From Selaginella moellendorffii (lineage: Eukaryota > Plantae > Lycopodiophyta), in NCBI RefSeq assembly GCF_000143415.4, contig NW_003314283.1, positions 1,936,258 through 2,000,257 of the forward strand: DNA of 64,000 nucleotides, read 5' to 3'. This document shows positions 24,282 to 36,879 of the stretch, piece after piece. The translations under genes were made by a program, and so were the position numbers. The notes beneath the pieces are model-generated. The model saw nothing but the letters and a program-made list of their open reading frames with translations. It had not been told where the DNA came from and did not search any database. The first letter of the stretch is position 1. Every line of letters starts with the position of its first letter.

Positions 24282-27029
24282 TCTGTGGGCATCCTAAGGA
24301 TGCTAAGGAGTGGATCTAGGATGACCACTCGTGGACACATGACCCAGTCTTGGAGAGACGAGGTGGTGATGCAAGTGGTGTTGAGTGTCGGTCATGGGTC
24401 CGGACACGTGGAGCACTTGGACCAAGTGCAAATGTTGAGTGGCATGGATGCCATTCTCGGGGCTAGCAAGTCCCAAGTCCTGGATTGGACTTATGGAGGT
24501 TGTGAATGAGACTCCTCGAAGTGATCAGAGGTGTGGTTAAGTGACTAAAGTAGAATGGAAAATTTAGTCGCTTACATTATGGAGGTTGTGAATGAGACTC
24601 CTCCAAGTGGTCAGAGGTGTGGTTAAGTGACTAAAGTAGAATGGAAAATTTAGTCGTTTACAATTTGGTATCGGAGCTGTTCCTTAGTCCGACTTTTGTT
24701 GGTGCTCAAGTATATCACCACTAGTGTTGGCATCGGAAGGTCCGAGGAGTGGGCCTATCCTTGAGGAGTAGCAAGTCGGGAAGACATGGCTCTCCATTAC
24801 AGTTCATGTGTGAACTTGTAGACGAGGTGGTGGATAGAAAAGGGCCAATAATGGAACGACTTTGGGATCTTGGGAACAGTATATGGTTTTCCTCAAAGAG
24901 TTGAGGATGTGATCCAGATGAGCGTTTGACTTAGCAAACTGGCTAATGTAGTTGTGGTAAACAACTACAGTTGGGATCACGGGAAAGATAAAGACTCCAA
25001 AGCAATAAAGGAGTCACAAGATTTTCCTCATATAGTTGAGGTTGGTGCTCATGAATGTGAGACCAGAAGTAATGACCGTGGGAGGTCAAATACGGAAAAG
25101 GACTCAAGTCCTTGAAAAGGTAGCCGGGGCTACCTCTAATAAATGCTGGAACAACCCAAGGAGTTGGGGGTGTATTAAGTGGATGAGTTGGTGTTCTCAT
25201 CACATGGACAAGTAGTCCTAAGGGGCAAAGGTTGCCCCCAGAGAACAAAATCAAGTGTCGGAGTAACACTTGTGAAAATAGTCCTTTTGAGTAGGACAGG
25301 AATGCAAGAATTGTATTCCAGTGAGCTAGTGCCTCACAAGTAGGACCTTACGGGTCTGTGGATTAACCAAGTCCAAAACTGCTGGATGACTCAAGTAGAG
25401 TCAACGGATGGTCCTAAAAGGACTGATGGAAGCATTTGGACTGAGGTGTGTTGTACCCCACAAAGGATGGGGGGGGGATCATAGGATCTAAGGATGAGAA
25501 CAGAGGGTATCTCATCGATGGCAAAATGTGCCATGCTAAAGTTATGGGAAAGGTGTTCCCAGAAGAAAACAACTTTGACATAGAGTTGTGTGTGACCTCT
25601 ATGGTGCAGTGCTAACGGATGGTTGGCATGAGAAAGAGCGGTGTTGGTCTTGGCAAAGACTTAGACATAAGGGGAAATGTCATAGAGGTAGGCTCGTGGA
25701 GCCGATAGTGTGGAGACACCAAATGTGCCAAGGTGTGATACCTTGAGGCTATGTTGGTGGGTTCATGAGAACCCCTTGCCAAAGGAATCCCAATGGAAAT
25801 GGGAATGGCATAGCCTAAGCTGCAGAGCATGCAGTTGGAGTGTGGTGACCCAGATAATGATGGAGGTGTGAAAGCACCAAGCAATGAGTTGTAGGACTTG
25901 ACAACTATGAGGCAACTAAGCAAGAGGTGCAAAATAACTGGTTAAACGGGTAGAAGGTAGCTACCCAAGACTTCTTAATAGCATAGGGAAGCTGGATATA
26001 CCCTTACGGGGGATAAGTTGTTTGTGTTGCGATATAGTAAGTCAATGTCATAAAAGGAATTACTCATTGTCAAAAAGCCATCATTGGGACACCCGAACAC
26101 TCTAGAACACCAGAAGGTGGTGTTTGATGTCGCGAGGGCAATGGATAAAGCCCAAGGGGCTAAGTCCCTAGCGAATGATGGATAGAAGGTGCTATCCAAA
26201 TGTCCAAGGTTACGGAGACAGGAGAGGACTGTCTACCCGAGTTGGACAAAACCAAAAATGGAATTTTGGCAAGGCTAGTGATGGGCATGCAAAGGCCCAT
26301 AAGCAACAATGTAATCCAAGTGTGTGGGATTATAAGGTGAGCATACCCGGATTGAGGAACCACTCCCTAGGCTATTGGGTAGGTTCATCCCTAAGAATAC
26401 TTGCTAAAGCATGATAGAAAGTGCAAAGCTATCCTCTTGGTCTAGAGGAGAATGACCAAAGGAAAGGTGTGAAGCCAAAAAGCAAGAAGTAAGGGGATAG
26501 AACCGAACCGTAGGAATCAAAGGGCATAACCAAGGTTGGTTATGCCAGTTGGGAGTGGAGAATCAAGTGGGGGCTCGAGGGTGTTGCCACTAGCAACCGT
26601 GATGCCATGGAGAGTCTAAAATATGGAATTGTCCATGTTAGACTATGTGGCATTTGGAAGGCTTGCAAAAAGGGAGGCCTTAGCAAGCTGAGGGACAGAG
26701 TTCCTTCAAGGTTCCCAAAGACGATTCTAGGTAGCTTAGTACCTAGAAAGGCCAAGTGTAAATGGTTCATGGAACGCGCGAAATCAGAGTGGCGCAGCAG
26801 AAGCGTGGTCTTGAAGCTTGCCATGAGGCAAGGCTATCAAGGTTAGGGAAGTAGCTCCCGAGTGTTCAAAGAGAGGGCTTTGAACGAAAGTCGATGGTCA
26901 AGGACTTTCACGCTTATGCAGCAACCATGTTACAGTGGTCGGAGGACTTGCCAAGCGAGATTGGCACGTCGGGGGAACAAATACCCTAGTTGAAGGTGAT
27001 AACTTCAAAAAGGGTGGGCCATGGGGCCG

Positions 27030-27545
27030 AGCATGGAGGAGTCCATGCATGATCACAGACATGTCAAGTGAGAGGACTTGGCAGTGTGGAGGAACTAGGT
27101 TCCTAAGCTATGATCTGTAGCGCGCTTTAAAAATAAGTTGGTGCACCGGCGTGGGGAGTCACGCCAGGCATCTTGTGTGATGCCGTCCGTAGATGCATAT
27201 ACGGAGGTTGGGTTCGAGTCCCGACCCTCTAGTGCTTGGGTTCGAGTCCCAAATCACTAGGGCGTGGTGATGGTTTGGAATATGAGGACACTCATATTTC
27301 GGTGGTCATGGACTCTCAGTGGGGAGACTGGTTTGGGCACACTGCCAAGCGAGGGATGCCTCGGAGTCGTGATGCACGGTTAGATTGCTTAGTGTGAAAG
27401 CTCGGCATATCTAACTTGAACGCTTTGGTGCAAGTGGCACCAAGGTCGTGGTGAGTGAGATGGGGACACCTAATCTCAGTTGCTATGAACCCTTGGCCGT
27501 AAGGGCTAGCTTGGGTGCACCGCCAAGTGTGGGGGATGCCCCCGG
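27030..27545 (+). other. Dense short-hairpin array with two tRNA T-arm/B-box motifs in the B internal region
   Basis: Five abutting stems at 27148-27260, the last two with GGG-TTCGAGT-CCC; conserved at ~55465-55578. Confidence 0.65.
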
Positions 27546-28576
27546 GGTTATAGTCAACAACTTGGAGGTCTAGAAGACCAAGTACCTCTTGGCAACTCTG
27601 TTAAGGTGCCAAGGTGAGATCACTAGGTGATCTTATGGCCAGATAAGGACAAGGTCCTTGGTTGGCTAAGGAATGAAGTTCCTGGTTCAAAATGTTGAAA
27701 TTAAACTGTTTAAGGTGGTGTGGCTTGGTCGTGATGACCAAGTGGGAAGATCACCTAAGGGAAATAAACTATGTCTGTGTGATGGCATAGTGAGTCCGAG
27801 GAAAGTAGTCTCTATAAAAGACCCATGGGAGGGTCACGAAGTTGGGCCGTGGATAGAGCCCATAGCAGAAGATGCTAAAGAGACGTACTAGGGGTGAACA
27901 TCCTCCGGACTTGGCAAAGAAGAGTCTTTGCTATGGAACCAAAACAATACCTCAAGGAGGGAGGTAGAGATTCGATGTTGCTTGGTGCAACAATCAACGG
28001 ATAGGAGCAAAAGATGAGTGGCCAAGATAGGGCCGTGGAATCCCTTGGAAGGAATCCAAGTGACAAAGTTAGGCGAGGAACACTAATGTGTTGGACGCTA
28101 ACAAGTTGCGGGAAAGGAAGTGTGTTTCCAAGGAGGGATTCCGAAATGCTCCGATTTGGCGAAAGTGGAAGCTCCAAGGGAGGGAGCGGTAAGGTAGCCA
28201 AATGATAGGGCCATGAACAGCCCTAGCACAAAGTATGATAACTGGAACTTTGGCACGAAATAGAAGAGAGGATGATGGTGCCCTCGAGTAGAGAACTTCC
28301 TAGGATGGGAAGTGGAGTTGCACAAAAGGTGCAAGGCAAGGTGTCGGAGACACCTAGGAAATTGACTGCAAGAAGTCAAAATTCAAAGTTCCAAAGTGCA
28401 AAGGTTATATCGATGGAAATTGAGACTACTCGAGAAGGAGTAGTGGGATTGACTTAGAGAAGGGTCTCTAAGAGGTTTAGCGAGAACTAAACCAATAAAA
28501 GGAGAGAACCACTATATGTGGTCTAATCAGTCTCTAAGTTGGAGAGACTACCCTCCTTAGAGGATATGCAAAAGGT

Positions 28577-28703
28577 ATGGTGAGCCTTCAATGTCCAACC
28601 ATTGACGAATATGGAGAAGGCATGGTGAGCCTTCAATGTCCAACCATTGACGAATATGGAGAAGGCATGGTGAGCCTTCAATGTCACACCATTGACAAAT
28701 ATT
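28577..28703 (+). repeat. 45-bp tandem triplication
   Basis: ATGGTGAGCCTTCAATGTCCAACCATTGACGAATATGGAGAAGGC x2.8; single copy in the paralog at ~56905. Confidence 0.9.
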
Positions 28704-30849
28704 GGCTACGCGCCAAGGATGGAAATGGTAACACATGCGGGTGTTACTTTATAAAATTGTTCACCGTTCGATGAGGACATCGAACTTCGTCTATGGGTGG
28801 TGGAGTTGTGAGACACAAAATCCCTAGGCCCCAAAGTGGAGCCGGAAGGGCGCCACATGGTAGTGGCCGAAGCGAGAGCCAAACGAGCGTAACACGTTTG
28901 GACCAAAAGCTCCGACTTGAAAAGTCAAGAGCGGGAGTGGAACTCCCAACGAAGTGCTCGAGGAACGAGCACGAAGCGAGCAAAAGGCGAGGCTCCAAAA
29001 AGGGACCCAAAAGGACCAACAAATGACACGTGGGAGTGTCCGAGATGGACTCAAGTTGGAGTCCGAAGTGGAGTCCGAGATGGACCCGAGTTGGAGTCCG
29101 AAGTGGAGTCCGAGATGGACCCGAGTTGGAGTCCGAAGTGGAGTCCGAGATGGACCCGAGTTGGAGTCCGAAGTGGAGTCCGAGGTGGACCCGAGATGGA
29201 CCCGAGTTGGAGTCCGAAGTGGAGTCCGAGATGGAACCGAGATGGAGTCCGAGATGGAGTCCGAGGTGGACCCGAGATGGACCCGAAATGGAGTCCGAGA
29301 TGGAGTCCGAGATGGACCCGAGATGGAGTCCGAGATGGAGTCCGAGATGGACCCGAGATGGACCCGAGATGGAGTCCGAGATGGAGTCCGAGATGGAGTC
29401 CGAGATGGAGTCCGAAGTCGAGACCGAGACCGGGACCGAGACCGCGACCGAGACCGAGACCGAGATCGGGACCGAGACCGAGACCGAGACCAAGGCCGAG
29501 GCCGAGACCGAGCCCGAGCCCGAGTCCGAGTCCGAATCCGAGTCCGAGTCCGAGTCCGAGTCCGAGTCCGAGTCCGAAGCCTGAGAGGGTGAAAGCCCAA
29601 AGCGTTCGTCTCCCAGACCCTGGGGGGTTTGGTGAGCTCCAAAAGTATAGTAAGGGGGAGGACTGCAGTGGAGCCAGTTTGGCCAGGAAAGGCCAGTTTG
29701 GCCAGGAAAGGCCAGTTTGGCCCAGGAAGGCCGGACCCAGTGTTGGGTGATGAGCTGCCCACTGGGAAGTCCAAGACTAGAGTGAACACAGACAGACAAG
29801 CGGGGTAGCTTGGTGAAGTGTTCAAGAGCCGGCTCTAGTTCCCCCGGGAGATCGACTGGCCGATGCTCCCAGTCCAAGTGTGGGTGGCACTACCTACTTG
29901 GATACCTGGTGTGGCTCAACGGAACCCGCTCTAAGCCCATGGCTAGAGCACCCAAGGGCAGAAGGTGAGGAGAGTACCCAGGTGGCTCGCGTAAGGCCAC
30001 GGTGTTCCGAAATGTTGTCCCAAAGGCCCAGACTATGGAAAGGAAGAGGAGCAGTCCTCTGGGGTAGTGACCAAGGACACAGTCGTGTGGTGAGGAAGTC
30101 CCAGAGGACCGTGAGACTTAGTGGTCGGGCCTGTGGGTCTCGATCCAGTGGCAGTGTTGGCAAACACGGCCAGGGGCAGAAAGGGACTTAGTGGGGACTG
30201 ACAGAGGGATATTGGGGAAGGCTATGCCCCTTGTTGGTGGGCATCCTAAGGATGCTAAGGAGTGGATCTGAGATGACCACTCACGGATGGTTTGCCTAGT
30301 CTTGGAGAGCCAAGACGGTGATGCAAGTGGTATTGGACTACCAGTGTGGCAAAGGTGATTGGACATGGCCTTAGCGTAACAGGCTGCTATGTCGGTGGTA
30401 CCTTTGAGTGTCGGTCATGGGATCGGACACGTGGAGCACTTGGACCAAGTGCAAATCTCCAGTGATCAGAGGTGTGGTTAAGTGACTAAAGTAAAATGGA
30501 AAATTTAGTCGCTTACATTATGGAGGTTGTGAATGAGACTCCTCCAAGTGGTCAGAGGTGTGGTTAAGTGACTAAAGTAGAATGGAAAATTTAGTCGTTT
30601 ACAATGGGGACTTAACTAATTCCTAGATCCATTTTGACCACATGGAATGAGTTTTAGGTTGGTCAATTATGGGAGCCTATGTTTATGATCACAAGTAAGT
30701 GGCTTTTCATTTTTTAAGGACACCATACTGGTTTACATTATACCCATTCTTTCTATAGGTTGTGGTGCAACTTAACTATAGCTATAACTGAATTCAAGAT
30801 TTAAGATTTCCAAACTCAAACTATATTTTGGACATGTATTTCTAAGGCT

Positions 30850-32600
30850 GTTGAAAAGCGAACCTGGAAGAAACCTAACTTCTGTGGTTTCATGGCAAAT
30901 ACTACTAGTGCTCATTAGTTGGTTGTGTGGCAAATGTTTGGACATGATAAAAGTCAGCTGTTACAAGGTAAAGAGAAGAATTATGAGTTTCTTTGAGCAA
31001 AGAGTGTTAACAAATATTGCCAATGCATTAAGTCTGACTTCCATCATGAGTTCAAACAATTTTGTCAAGAATGGATGGATGCACCAACAAAAGAGGAGCA
31101 CGAGGCAAAGGCAAATGAGATGCATATATGGTGGTATGAAGGAGACAAAGTGTTAATTAAACACCTTCCACAGATGGAATGTTGGTTTGCATAGTGGAAA
31201 GTTCAAATGTTTCAATAGGGCCATTATATTTTCCATGTAAACTTTCTTTCATTTTCTTTCTTGTTACATTTAAATGTTGTATTTTTCCTAGGATCAACCA
31301 TTTGATGATATTGCACTTACACCAACAATTAATCTCTTTGAGAGCAAATATTAAAGTTGGAGAGCTAAAACCGGGAAAGGAAAAATGTCCCTCTACAAAG
31401 CTACGCTCTCCGACCTCACTAGATCTCTTGAGTAGTCATCAAAAGCTTTGGCTGCATAGAAAACAAAGTTTGCTAATATAGGTCTAAACTTAGATAGGCT
31501 TCGAGAGTGGGTTGATAAAAGGACAACACTAGCAATAGAGTCAATGTCTAAGATGGTGGAGGAAGTTGTTGCTAGAACTCCTATAAAATCAAGTTATGAA
31601 CCACTTGGGGACACGAAGACAACCCGTATGAAGTGTCAACAAACATTTAATGGGCCAAACATCACTCCTTCCAACCCTCACTATCCAAAGTTTGACTACC
31701 ATTCTGTTAAATGGCACCAAAGAAGAATTAAGGAACATGGAGTGGAGGAGGTGCTATTTGTTAGATAAGTAAGTCCGATGCTAAAGGTTGAGAAGGTTAT
31801 TGCTTGTGAGCTAGTTTCTAGTATTAATTGGGCAATTCAAAGAGTCAGTGCCAAGAGCAATGCAAGTTGCTCTAAAATGATTGAGAGTCAAAGTCAATGT
31901 CTTGCATTTGTGCACTCAAGTTCAAGTTCTTTAGTAGTGCCATGTTTCTGGGGCTGTCAAGATCTAGAGGTAAAGGGCCGCCAATCAAGCTAGATTTACT
32001 ATTGTGGAATTGAAGTTACTCATACAAGTGGGATCCACAGCTCAATTATTTTAAAGCTAAATTCTGTGCCAAAGGAGTGACTAGTTGAGTGAAGCTGCAA
32101 TCTTTTGAAAGAAAAGATTGAAAGTCTGGAGAGAATAGGTTTCAAGCTGAAGACTTCCTCAAATGTTGCTATTGATACTGTTATGCCACCAATGTCAACA
32201 CTAGAATAGCATACACGACCAGCTAGGAATGGGAAAGCTATACAATATAAGTCTTCCATTTTGAAAAGTACGCAAGAGAAGATCAAGTTGGCAAAAGAGT
32301 TGAAATGCACAATCACAAAGATAAATTACATCAGTGCTATGGTTAAGGAGTTTGTTGTTGTGATTGAGTTATCAAATGATACGAGCTACACTGTCAAAAT
32401 CTACAAAAATCCATCCTATACCTATCCAAATTTTACATAGAGGGAGAATAAGGGAAAGATATATTTAGCCTACAAGCACATTTATTACATTTTTATGCAA
32501 GAACTAAATCAAGATCCTAAGATCAACTATCACATCCACAAGCAAGCCTTACAGTTGCGGAGCTTGAGAAGTGTTTTTAGATAGCTTTTAATGTTCAGAT
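30850..32600 (+). pseudogene. Degenerate SWIM-finger/MULE-like ORF, older paralog of 44074-44850
   Basis: Homologous to 44074-44897; NPSYTYPNF...YKHIYYIF is the decayed SWIM finger. Upstream FCQEWMDAPTKEEHEAKANEMHIWW looks like decayed coding sequence. Confidence 0.5.
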
Positions 32601-33173
32601 CTATATTTTTATTTGTATTTTATTAATTTACTTAGAAATATAAATTAAATCAAAATTGGAAAGATGAAAAAATGTTGGTTCAAGATGAGCCAATGTGTTT
32701 CTTGTGTTTGAGAAGTTGTGAACTCAACTCATAAGTTCAAAATCTACACGGGCTTCTCCTGTTGTACTACTTTGCTTGGACGTTAACAGCCTGACAGGAA
32801 GCATTCATTTGCCTTTGCCTCGTGCTCCTCTTTTGTTGGTGCATCCATCCATTCTTGACAAAATTGCTTGAACTCATGATGGAAGTCAGACTTAATGCAT
32901 TGGCAATATTTGTCGGGTCCATCTTAGGCTCCATCTCAAACTCCTCCATGTGTCATGTGTTGGTCCTCTTGTGTCCTTTTTCTAGAGACTCACTTATCAC
33001 TCACTTCGTGCTTGTTCCTCGAGCACTTCGTTGGGAGTTCCACTCCCGCTCTCAACCTTTCAAGTCGGAGCTTTCAATCTAAATGTGTTACGCTCGTTTG
33101 GCTTTTGCTTCAGCCACCACCACGTGGCACCCTTCTGGCTCCACTTTGGGGCATAGGGATTTGGTGTTTCACA

Positions 33174-33950
33174 CATTTAACACAAGCTTCAGGCATTTTG
33201 AGTTTACAGTTATGCCGTTTGGTTTGACGAATGCACCAGCCACATTTACTCGGTTGATGATGGAGGTATTTGGGCATTATCTTCATGAGTTTGTGAAGAT
33301 TTTCTTAGACGATATTTTTGTTTTCAACAAGAATATGGAGGAGCATAAGGTGCATTTATGCAAGGTTCTTTTGTTACTCCATAACAACAAACTTTATGTG
33401 AAGAAGAGAAAATGCAAGTTTGCAAAGTTAGAGGTGAAATATCTAGGCCATATTGGTGTCAAGACGGATCTAAGGAAGGTAGCTATGGTGGAGAACTAAC
33501 CTACACCAACTTTAGTGGCCGAGTTACACATTTTTCTTGGTATAACTAGTTACTACCAATGTTTCCAGCATAAATTTGTAGAGGTGGCTATTCCTTTGAC
33601 ACGGTTGTTACGCAAAAATGTGCCATTCGAGTGGAAGAAGCCACAAGAGGAGAGTTTTGTGGTGTTGAAACAATTGTTGAGCGAGGCTCAAATTCTGTGC
33701 AATGTTGATCCATCAAAACTTTACGAGGTGACATATGATGGCAAGTGGTTATGCACTAGGAGGAGTTCTTATACAAGAGGGACAACCTATTGCATATGAG
33801 AGTCAAATTTTGAATCCTGCACAACAACATTATTCCACATATGAGCAAGAGTTACTCTCTATTGTTCATGCTTACAGACATGGCAACACTACTTTTATGG
33901 TGTGGTGTCAAACATGGCATGGTTGCTAGTCAGCACAGCAGCATAGTCAG
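33174..33950 (+). pseudogene. Family-D RT/RNase H fragment (mirror copy)
   Basis: FEFTVMPFGLTNAPATF, IFLDD, GGVLIQEGQPIAYES, YSTYEQELL. Confidence 0.85.
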
Positions 33951-34089
33951 CACAGCATGCTTGCCAATCAAGATTAAAACTTGTAGTTGCATGACTTTGA
34001 CCACAGACCATGACTCTGGGGCATCGTACTTCTCTTCGCACTTGGCATGAATCTGTCGTCTGATGTATGATCACATGATTCTGAAATGA

Positions 34090-36326
34090 AACTCTTAAGG
34101 TTTTCTTTCTTTTGTATAAGATCATGGACATGGAAATTCTACTGGAGTTCAAGCAAGGCATGTTCCAAAGCAATTCTACCTTTTCTAACTGGCATGAAGG
34201 AAGCAAGGATGGGATTTGCAGCTGGAGAGGCATTAGTTGCAATTCTAAACGCCAAGTAGTGTCCATACATCTATCCTCTGTGGATCTTGATGAAGCCTTG
34301 GTGGGAACTCTCACGCCAAGGCTTGGGCAGCTTTCATATCTTTCAGAGCTCGATCTAAAATAACGGGGCAAATTCCTACCACCCTCGGAAATTGCTCCTC
34401 ACTCACAGAGCTCAACTTGAGAGGGAACCAATTGACTGGCCATATTCCAGCAACATTAGGGCAGCTCCAGAATCTCACTGAGCTCTGGCTATCTGATAAT
34501 TTCTTGAGCGGGTCTATTCCATCGAGTGTTGGGAACTGCTCCAAGCTGCGGTTCCTCAGTCTGGAAAACAACACCTTAACGGGCTCTATATCTCCATCGC
34601 TGGGTAAGCTCAAGAAATTGGAAAGTTTATCACTTTTTACAAACAATTTGGAGGGGCTTATACCAATCACTCTTGGAAACCTTTCGCACCTCACATTTCT
34701 AGACATGTCTGACAACCTTCTATATGGCCCATTACCTGGCTCTTTTGCTGGTCTTCGTAGGCTAAAGTGGTTGGGACTATCGCAAAACTATTTTCTCAAC
34801 GGATCGATTCCTTCGGATGTTATGGTGGGCATGCCATCTCTAACGCACCTAGAGCTCCATTACAACAACTTTACAGGAAACATTCCCATGTTTAATGCGT
34901 CTTCTCCTGTTGTACTACTTCGCTTGGACGTTAACAGCCTGACAGGAATCATTCCGCATTTGATCACAGAGATCAAGGCTCTCCAGCAATTGCACCTCAA
35001 CAAAAACTATCTAGATGGAAGCATTCCAAAAGGCATTAGCCAGCTGGATCGTCTTGAGATACTTGACTTGAGTGACAACTATCTCAGAAATGAAGTTCCT
35101 CCACTCGACAAATGCACCAATCTTGGCTATCTCGACCTCCACGGAAACTTGATACGGAGCAAAATGCCAACGTTTGGTGCATGCACTAACCTGGTTTACT
35201 TGGATCTCTCAACGAACGAGTTCCAGGGAGAGATTAGCTCAAGGCTAGGGAATTGCTCCCAGCTCAAGGTTGTCAACTTTGCGCAGAACAATTTCACGGG
35301 TGAGGTGCTGCTTGACTTGAGTAACTTGACAAGCTTGGTCTTCTTTGTCATTTCCAACAACACGTTGAGCGGCACAATTCCAGCAAAAAGCTTGAATTCC
35401 ACTTATCTCAGAGTCATGGACTATAGTAGGAACCATTTCACAGTCAAGAAACTTGCAGCTGGTCAGGAATTATGATATTGTCTTTTGCATACAACAAGCT
35501 GTTTGGGCAGATTCCAGATTGCACCACCAATCTCATTTGGCTCCAAATTCTAGATCTGTCAAACAATAAGCTCACAGGGCAGGTGCCACGCGCGCTTTGG
35601 AAGTTTCAAGGTTTCAAGGGCAACACGAGTGGGGATTTGAATCTTGGCATTTACACAGGGGTAGAGTTGAGCCTGGTCATCATAGTCAACGACGCAAGGA
35701 TACAGTTTGATCGGACAACGATCGTTGTTGCAAACAACATGACTTCATTGGACATCTCAAGCAACTCTCTCGAGGGTGTCATCCCAGAAGAAATTGGGCA
35801 ACTGGTTGGACTAATGCATCTTAACCTCTCGCACAACCAGTTCACCGGTGCCATACCTCTCAACCTTTCCAGCTTGAAAAAGCTTCAGTCGCTTGACTTA
35901 TCCTGGAACATGCTCCAAGGCAGGATCCCAAACGAGTTTGGGGAATTGCCTTTGTCAGCCTTTAATGTTTCATTCAACAACTTAAGCGGATTGGTCCCAA
36001 CGGCATACAATTTAAACACTCGGTTTCCACTTGCATTCCAAGGCAATAAGAACCTTTGTGGGTTTCCATTGTCTCCTTGTGGCTATGCAACAAAGGATCA
36101 AGAGCACCCTGCAAGTCACAAAAGTTGGGAGGACTTCCTCTTCCGTGAGGCTTCAGTGTGGGCATTTGGCTGCGGTGTGTTTATTGGCTTTTGGGTCACA
36201 TTTTTAGGCATCACGTTCTGGGACAGCCTTCAAAGTTGGAGGTATAAGCTTCGGGCAAAGGAACATGAGGACGCATCTATTGGCCTCAGCATACCTTCAT
36301 TTCTTCCTCGTCTTGGCAGTTCTTAA
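34090..36326 (+). pseudogene. LRR receptor-like protein (RLP), two frameshifts, copy 2
   Basis: Translations identical to copy 1; frame breaks at ~34360 and ~35443 where LRR consensus residues are missing. Confidence 0.9.
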
Positions 36327-36376
36327 GAAATGCTAACTTGTTAATCCAGAACTCAAATGAAAAAGCTGATGAGCAA

Positions 36377-36879
36377 TTGACCTCCATGAGTCTAGGTCGT
36401 GGTGGATTCAGATGCTTTACTCTGATCAAAGTTTAGGCAATGGAAGAACATGACAATACAATAGCAAACCCAGAAATAGGCAAATGAACAGTGGATACAG
36501 AACTTTCCATACTTTAATTTGAAAAGTCTAGGCTCTTCGGATCAAACCAACCAATGACCGACTACATGAGTGTCAGAATACCGTCCTTGACCCGGTCATA
36601 CATCACTTTAAATTTCAAGCACATGTGACACAATGGCAAACAGATTTCTAGTGTTCCTTGGTCATGGTATTCCAGCATATAGTGGTGGTCAATGGAAGAA
36701 TACATGACAAATAAAGATGACAGAAGTTAGTCACTCAGAAATGTTGGTCAAGGTGGATACAGAACTTTCGATATTTTACTTTGATCAAAGTCTAAGCTCT
36801 TCAAATACTGGTCAATCAATGAATAGCCAACCAACCAATGACCGGCTTTAACATGAGTATAAGAATACCGTCCTTGACC
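36377..36879. promoter_or_regulatory. W-box (TTGACC) cluster and CCAAT boxes upstream of TMEM45
   Basis: TTGACC/GGTCAA at 36377, 36587, 36687, 36746, 36810 and 36874. Function is inferred. Confidence 0.4.

Larger units (their letters stand above)
22855..30603 (+). mobile_element. Intact non-autonomous LTR retrotransposon (LARD-like, family B), TSD ATGGG
   Basis: LTRs 22855-24662 and 28807-30603 (TG..CA), Met-type PBS TGGTATCGGAGC at 24666-24677, PPT ATGGGTGGTGGAGT at 28793-28806, TSD ATGGG at 22850-22854 and 30604-30608, no long internal ORF. Confidence 0.95.

Noticed and set aside
27040-27080. Palindrome symmetry axis falling near the hairpin cassette
   Set aside because: Coincidental: the spacer is asymmetric and B is a separate TSD-flanked insertion.
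27206-27260. tRNA gene
   Set aside because: Only T-arm/B-box motifs are present; there is no D-arm, anticodon arm or cloverleaf.
35444-35459. Intron explaining the RLP frameshift
   Set aside because: The GT..AG span is only ~16 nt, and the other break (~34360) has no splice sites. Missing LRR consensus residues indicate deletions.
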